A DNA stretch of 64,000 bases, from NCBI GenBank assembly GCA_030827125.1, contig JAURFD010000001.1:226750-290749 (forward strand), written 5' to 3'. The translations under genes were made by a program, and so were the position numbers. Numbering within the stretch: position 1 is the stretch's first letter; each line of letters opens with the position of its first letter. The notes under the pieces were generated by a model that saw only the letters and a program-made list of their open reading frames with translations, did not search any database and was not told the origin of the DNA. This document shows, one piece after another, positions 59,851-64,000 of this stretch. This stretch comes from Candidatus Nanopelagicales bacterium (GTDB lineage: Bacteria > Actinomycetota > Actinomycetes > S36-B12).

Positions 59851-59932
59851 ACGCGCTCCCTGCGACTCGGGACGTCCTCGACGTCGGGAGCCCCATCCTG
59901 TCACGACCCGATCGCGTGGCAGGCTTGCCCGC

Positions 59933-60832
59933 GTGCGCGTGGCGACGGTCGGAAATTTCGATGGGGTGCATCGAGGGCATCAGGCCTTGATCGCCCGCGC
60001 CCGCGCGGCGCTGCCCGGGGATGCGGACGACCGCGTCATCGTCGTCACCTTCGATCCCCATCCGCAGGCCGTCCTGCGCCCGGACGCGGCACCCAAGTTG
60101 CTCGCCACACTGCCGCGCCGCATTGAGCTCCTGCGCGAGCACGGCGCGGACGATGTGGTCGTGGTCCCGTTCACCCGCGAGTTCGCGGCTAACGAACCCG
60201 AGGACTTCGCGCGCTTGCTGCGAGATGATCCGGGCATCGCCGCTGATCGTGTGGTTGTTGGCGAGAACTTCCGATTCGGCCGTCGTGCCAGCGGTGACGT
60301 GAGCGACCTCACCCGGCTCGGACAGGAGCTCGGTTTCACCGTGGATGCCGTACCCCTGATGGAGGCGGAGTCGGCCGACGGCGTTCCGTGGTCGTCCAGC
60401 TTCGTGCGCGAGCAGATTGACGCCGGGGACATGGGGGCCGCCGCCGCGGCCCTCGGCCATCCGCATCGCCTTGAGGGCCCCGTGCGTCACGGCGATGCCC
60501 GGGGTCGGGAGCTGGGCTACCCCACGGCCAACCTCGAGGTGGGCCCGCAATTCGCGGTGCCGCCCGATGGTGTCTACGCGGGCTGGCTGCTCGATGGCCC
60601 CGAGCGGTACCCGGCTGCTGTCTCCATTGGCACCAATCCCCAGTTCGCCGGGACCGAGCGGCGGGTGGAGGCCTATGTCCTCGATCGGGACGATCTCGAC
60701 CTCTACGACCACGACGTGGCGCTCGACCTGGTGTCCCGACTGCGGGGACAGGCCACCTTTGCGTCGGTGGACGACCTCATCGAGCAGATGGGTCGAGATG
60801 TCGCCATGGCACGGGGGGCCCTCGGGGGCTGA
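59933..60832 (+). CDS. ribF: Bifunctional riboflavin kinase / FMN adenylyltransferase
   Basis: VGNFDGVHRGHQ (FAD synthetase) and ELGYPTANL plus VEAYVLD (riboflavin kinase). GTG start at 59933 or 59939; the track ORF start at 59759 overlaps the divergent gene. Confidence 0.9.
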   Translation: MRVATVGNFDGVHRGHQALIARARAALPGDADDRVIVVTFDPHPQAVLRPDAAPKLLATLPRRIELLREHGADDVVVVPFTREFAANEPEDFARLLRDDPGIAADRVVVGENFRFGRRASGDVSDLTRLGQELGFTVDAVPLMEAESADGVPWSSSFVREQIDAGDMGAAAAALGHPHRLEGPVRHGDARGRELGYPTANLEVGPQFAVPPDGVYAGWLLDGPERYPAAVSIGTNPQFAGTERRVEAYVLDRDDLDLYDHDVALDLVSRLRGQATFASVDDLIEQMGRDVAMARGALGG

Positions 60833-60950
60833 TACCCTTGGCCACTGACGGTCCTGGGGCGGGCGCCCTGGGATTCGTGTCGGTTCGGGACTTCCGAGCC
60901 CCCGGCGTCGCCGCAAGGTGTCTGTCGGTCCACGCGCCCTGAAGGAAATC

Positions 60951-61220
60951 ATGTCTCTCGACACCGCAACAAAGCAGCAGATCATCGCCGAGTACGGCCA
61001 AAACGCGCAGGACACCGGTAGCCCGGAGGTCCAGATCGCGATGCTGAGCCGTCGGATCACCGACCTCACCGAGCACCTCAAGACGCACAAGCACGACCAT
61101 CACTCGCGTCGCGGCCTGCTCATCCTGGTCGGCCAGCGCCGTCGCCTCCTGCAGTACCTGCAGAAGGTGGATATCGAGCGCTACCGCTCGATCATCGAGC
61201 GCCTCGGCCTGCGCCGCTAG
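60951..61220 (+). CDS. rpsO: 30S ribosomal protein S15
   Basis: 89 aa, sequence [57 protein letters not shown]. Confidence 0.95.
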   Translation: MSLDTATKQQIIAEYGQNAQDTGSPEVQIAMLSRRITDLTEHLKTHKHDHHSRRGLLILVGQRRRLLQYLQKVDIERYRSIIERLGLRR

Positions 61221-61300
61221 GTGGCGTAGGTCGAAGGGACTGCCTGCGCCGCTAGGTGGCGTAGGCCGGAGGGACTGCCTGCGCCGCTAGGTGGCGTAGG
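61208..61300 (+). repeat. 35-bp-period tandem repeat (3 copies of a 23-nt hairpin core) spanning the rpsO stop codon
   Basis: CCTGCGCCGCTAGGTGGCGTAGG occurs exactly at 61208, 61243 and 61278. Each copy can fold as an 8-bp stem (one G-U pair) with a 7-nt loop. The rpsO TAG lies in the first loop. Confidence 0.85.
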
Positions 61301-61461
61301 CACATAACTACATAGACATTCATCCACGACGTCCGTCGCCGATCCGTGATCGGTCCTCGGTAGTGGCTTCCGGGCGTGGACCCGTGGGCCTCGATCGAAG
61401 ACCGACCCCCAGGTGGTGGGCGCCGAGGTCGCCATGCGACCGGCACCGACAGGAGATACCC

Positions 61462-63663
61462 GTGGAGGGTTCTGTAACAACCACCGAAGCTGTCTTGGAC
61501 AACGGCAGCTTCGGCAAGCGCACCGTTCGATTCGAAACTGGCCGACTGGCCCGTCAGGCGGGTGGCAGTGTTGCCGCTTTCCTCGACGACGACACCATGG
61601 TGCTCAGCGCTACTTCGGCTTCGAAGCAGCCCAAGGAGCACTTCGATTTCTTCCCCTTGACCGTCGACGTCGAAGAGCGGATGTACTCCGTGGGCCGCAT
61701 CCCCGGCTCGTTCTTCCGCCGCGAGGGGCGTCCCACCGAGGATGCGATCCTCACCTGCCGTCTCATCGATCGCCCGCTGCGTCCGTCCTTCGTGAAGGGC
61801 CTGCGCAACGAGGTTCAGGTCGTCGTGACGGTCTTCGCACTCAACCCCGATGATCTGTACGACGTCCTCGCGATCAATGCCGCGTCCGCGTCCACCCAGA
61901 TTTCCGGGCTGCCGTTCTCCGGCCCGATCGGTGGCGTCCGCGTCGCCCTCATCGATGGCCAGTGGGTGGCTTTCCCCCGGCACTCCGAGCTCGAGCGTGC
62001 GGTCTTCGACATGGTCGTGGCCGGTCGCGTGGTGGGTGACGATGTCGCCATCATGATGGTCGAGGCCGAGGCGACGAACGAGACGATCAACCTCGTCGCA
62101 AGTGGCGCCACGGCACCGACCGAGTCGGTCGTCGCGGAGGGACTGGAGGCGGCTAAGCCGTTCATCCGCGTCCTGTGCGAAGCGCAGCAGGCTCTCGCGG
62201 ACACCGCCGCCAAGCCGGTGGCCGAGTTCCCCGTGTTCCTCGACTACACCGATGATGTCTACGACGCCGTGGCCGAGGTCGCGTCCGCTCGTGTCGCCCA
62301 GGCGCTCACGATCGTCGGCAAGGCCGAGCGTGAGAGCGCCCTGGATGACATCAAGGCTGACGTCATGTCCGCCCTCTCCGACCGTTTCGAAGGTCGCGAG
62401 AAGGAGATCAGCGCGGCGCTGCGCAGCGTGACGAAGAACAGCGTCCGCGAGCGCGTCCTGCGCGAGAAGGTTCGCATCGACGGTCGTGGCCCGCGCGATA
62501 TCCGCGTCCTGGCCGCGGAGGTCGACGTGCTCCCGCGCGTGCACGGGTCGGCCCTGTTCGAGCGCGGTGAGACGCAGATTCTCGGCGTCACCACGCTGAA
62601 CATGCTCAAGATGGAGCAGTGGCTCGACACGTTGTCGCCGGACAACCGCAAGCGCTACATGCACAACTACAACTTCCCGCCGTACTCCACCGGTGAGACC
62701 GGCCGAGTCGGTTCGCCGAAGCGTCGCGAGATCGGGCACGGCGCACTTGCCGAGCGCGCCCTCGTGCCGGTGCTGCCGACCCGCGAGGAGTTCCCCTACG
62801 CGATCCGACAGGTATCCGAGGCACTCGGTTCCAACGGCTCGACCTCCATGGGCTCGGTGTGCGCGAGCACGATGTCGCTCATGGCGGCGGGTGTGCCCCT
62901 GAAGGCTCCCGTGGCCGGCATCGCGATGGGCTTGATCTCCGGTGAGGTCGACGGCAAGACCGAGTACGTCGCCATCACCGACATCCTCGGCGCCGAGGAT
63001 GCGTTCGGCGACATGGACTTCAAGGTTGCCGGCACCAAGGACTTCGTGACGGCGCTGCAGCTGGACACCAAGCTCGACGGCATTCCCGCGTCGGTGCTGG
63101 CGGGCGCGCTGGACCAGGCTCGCGAGGCGCGCCTGACCATCCTCGATGTCATGAACGAGGCGATCGACGCACCGGGCGAGATGTCGCTCTACGCGCCGCG
63201 CATCATCACGGTGAACATTCCGGTGGACAAGATCGGCGAGGTGATCGGGCCGAAGGGCAAGATCATCAACCAGATCCAAGAGGACACCGGCGCTGACATC
63301 ACCATCGAGGACGACGGCACGATCTTCATCGGTGCCGCCGACGGCTCGTCGGCGGAGGCGGCTCGGGCCAAGATCAACGCGATCGCCAATCCGACAATGC
63401 CCGAGATTGGCGAGCGCTACCTCGGCACCGTCGTCAAGACGACCAATTTCGGCGCCTTCGTGTCGCTCGTGCCCGGCCGCGATGGCCTGCTGCACATTTC
63501 CGAGGTCAAGAAGCTCTCGCCGGACAAGAAGCGCCTCGAGAATGTCGAAGAGGTTCTCAAGGTGGGCGACAAGGTCCAGGTCGAGATCAAAGAAATTGAT
63601 CCGCGGGGCAAGCTCTCGCTCGTCCCGGTTCTCGATGAGTCGGCCGGAGAATCGTCGGAGTAA
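61462..63663 (+). CDS. pnp: Polyribonucleotide nucleotidyltransferase (PNPase)
   Basis: Two RNase PH-like domains followed by KH ([12 protein letters not shown]) and S1 ([15 protein letters not shown]) domains. GTG 61462 is preceded by AGGAGA; the track start at 61363 is discounted. Confidence 0.95.
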   Translation: MEGSVTTTEAVLDNGSFGKRTVRFETGRLARQAGGSVAAFLDDDTMVLSATSASKQPKEHFDFFPLTVDVEERMYSVGRIPGSFFRREGRPTEDAILTCRLIDRPLRPSFVKGLRNEVQVVVTVFALNPDDLYDVLAINAASASTQISGLPFSGPIGGVRVALIDGQWVAFPRHSELERAVFDMVVAGRVVGDDVAIMMVEAEATNETINLVASGATAPTESVVAEGLEAAKPFIRVLCEAQQALADTAAKPVAEFPVFLDYTDDVYDAVAEVASARVAQALTIVGKAERESALDDIKADVMSALSDRFEGREKEISAALRSVTKNSVRERVLREKVRIDGRGPRDIRVLAAEVDVLPRVHGSALFERGETQILGVTTLNMLKMEQWLDTLSPDNRKRYMHNYNFPPYSTGETGRVGSPKRREIGHGALAERALVPVLPTREEFPYAIRQVSEALGSNGSTSMGSVCASTMSLMAAGVPLKAPVAGIAMGLISGEVDGKTEYVAITDILGAEDAFGDMDFKVAGTKDFVTALQLDTKLDGIPASVLAGALDQAREARLTILDVMNEAIDAPGEMSLYAPRIITVNIPVDKIGEVIGPKGKIINQIQEDTGADITIEDDGTIFIGAADGSSAEAARAKINAIANPTMPEIGERYLGTVVKTTNFGAFVSLVPGRDGLLHISEVKKLSPDKKRLENVEEVLKVGDKVQVEIKEIDPRGKLSLVPVLDESAGESSE

Positions 63664-63669
63664 CACGAC

Positions 63670-64000
63670 GTGACTGCACGAAGGGCCTCGACGCGCACCC
63701 TGGTCCAGGGTGCCGGCGGGGCCCTCGTGCGTCTCACCACCCTGCCGAACGGGTTGCGCATCGTCACCGAAGCCGTACCCGGCGTGCGCTCAGTGTCCTT
63801 CGGCGCCTGGGTCGGGGTGGGGTCGCGCGACGAAACCCCGCAGCAAACAGGATCGGCGCACTTCCTCGAGCATCTGCTCTTCAAGGGGACCGCGCACCGT
63901 TCAGCGTGGGAGATCACCGCGCCGATCGAGGCGGTGGGGGGCGAGATGAACGCCTTCACCACCAAGGAATACACCTGCTACTACGCGCGCGTGCTCGACG
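63670..64000 (+). CDS. M16-family zinc peptidase (PepR-like), N-terminal part (3' end lies outside the window)
   Basis: My own translation from GTG 63670 gives LPNGLRIVTEAVPGVRSVSFGAWVGVGSRDE ... SAHFLEHLLFKGT, containing the inverted zinc motif HxxEH. Its position after pnp is conserved in actinobacteria. Confidence 0.8.
   Translation, partial: MTARRASTRTLVQGAGGALVRLTTLPNGLRIVTEAVPGVRSVSFGAWVGVGSRDETPQQTGSAHFLEHLLFKGTAHRSAWEITAPIEAVGGEMNAFTTKEYTCYYARVLD

Noticed and set aside
45670-59904. Classical mobile genomic island or prophage remnant.
   Set aside because: - There is no integrase, transposase, recombinase or tRNA/tmRNA attachment site.
- I could see no flanking direct repeats.
- Base composition looks similar to the flanks by eye.

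The synteny break is real, but the mechanism of acquisition cannot be inferred here.
45670-59904. Anti-phage defence system in the accessory region.
   Set aside because: - No nuclease, helicase, methyltransferase, TIR/SIR2, STAND-NTPase or toxin-antitoxin-like architectures are present.
- All proteins with recognisable motifs are carbohydrate-biosynthetic, export or sulfotransferase-like.
59851-59932. FMN riboswitch or other leader element upstream of ribF.
   Set aside because: - The spacer is at most about 80 nt and is shared with a divergent gene, too short for an FMN aptamer.
- FMN riboswitches normally precede ribD/ribB operons or transporters, not ribF.
60833-60950. Structured S15 autoregulatory leader upstream of rpsO.
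   Set aside because: The 118-nt GC-rich leader probably folds. However, I could not identify a convincing hairpin or pseudoknot by eye, and S15 operators are not conserved in sequence between phyla. The evidence is not sufficient to call a feature.
61208-61300. Possible CRISPR array, given the regularly spaced direct repeats.
   Set aside because: - There are only three 23-nt repeats.
- The 12-nt spacers are nearly identical to each other.
- The first repeat overlaps the rpsO coding end.
- No cas genes are present.

I interpret it as a tandem duplication or structured RNA element instead.

Overview
This is a high-GC segment, apparently actinobacterial and chromosomal, and almost entirely coding. 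All calls rest on reading the supplied translations for family motifs, start-codon and RBS context, and gene order. No database search was possible, so product names are family-level unless a motif is quoted.

The window has three parts:

1. **1-30.6 kb, small-molecule catabolism.**
 - a propionate-CoA ligase, family III CoA-transferase and glutaryl-CoA dehydrogenase module
 - two amine/polyamine oxidation modules (DAO-type FAD oxidoreductases, aminobutyraldehyde-type dehydrogenases, PotABCD-like importer, agmatinase-family ureohydrolase, saccharopine-dehydrogenase-like protein, GabT)
 - a reductive pyrimidine/hydantoin degradation cluster (NMT1-type ABC importer, LLM-class oxidoreductase, MmsA, dihydropyrimidinase, beta-ureidopropionase) with no recognisable dihydropyrimidine dehydrogenase

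2. **30.6-45.7 kb and 59.9-64 kb, the conserved housekeeping block.** The gene order is dxr, rip1, ispG, GNAT, proS, a HAD-family hydrolase, a TauE/SafE-family membrane protein, a ferritin-like (DUF4439-like) pair, rimP, nusA, ylxR, infB, rbfA, truB, then ribF, rpsO, pnp and an M16 peptidase.

3. **45.7-59.9 kb, a ~14 kb, 11-gene insertion exactly between truB and ribF.** It encodes an ABC-transporter-dependent cell-wall glycopolymer pathway:
 - UDP-GlcNAc 2-epimerase
 - a nucleotide-sugar 6-dehydrogenase
 - three glycosyltransferases, one a dual GT-B fusion
 - Wzm/Wzt-like exporter
 - a 530-aa coiled-coil protein of unknown function
 - three consecutive sulfotransferase-like genes

The best candidate for an undescribed system is this island, read as an acidic (uronic-acid type) and probably sulfated wall polysaccharide pathway.

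Other points worth a second look:
- a 35-bp tandem triple hairpin built from the rpsO 3' end in the pnp leader
- two very long perfect hairpins between convergent genes at ~10.9-11.0 kb
- the absence of any recognisable transcription factor in 64 kb

I found no rRNA, tRNA, CRISPR array, transposase or integrase.
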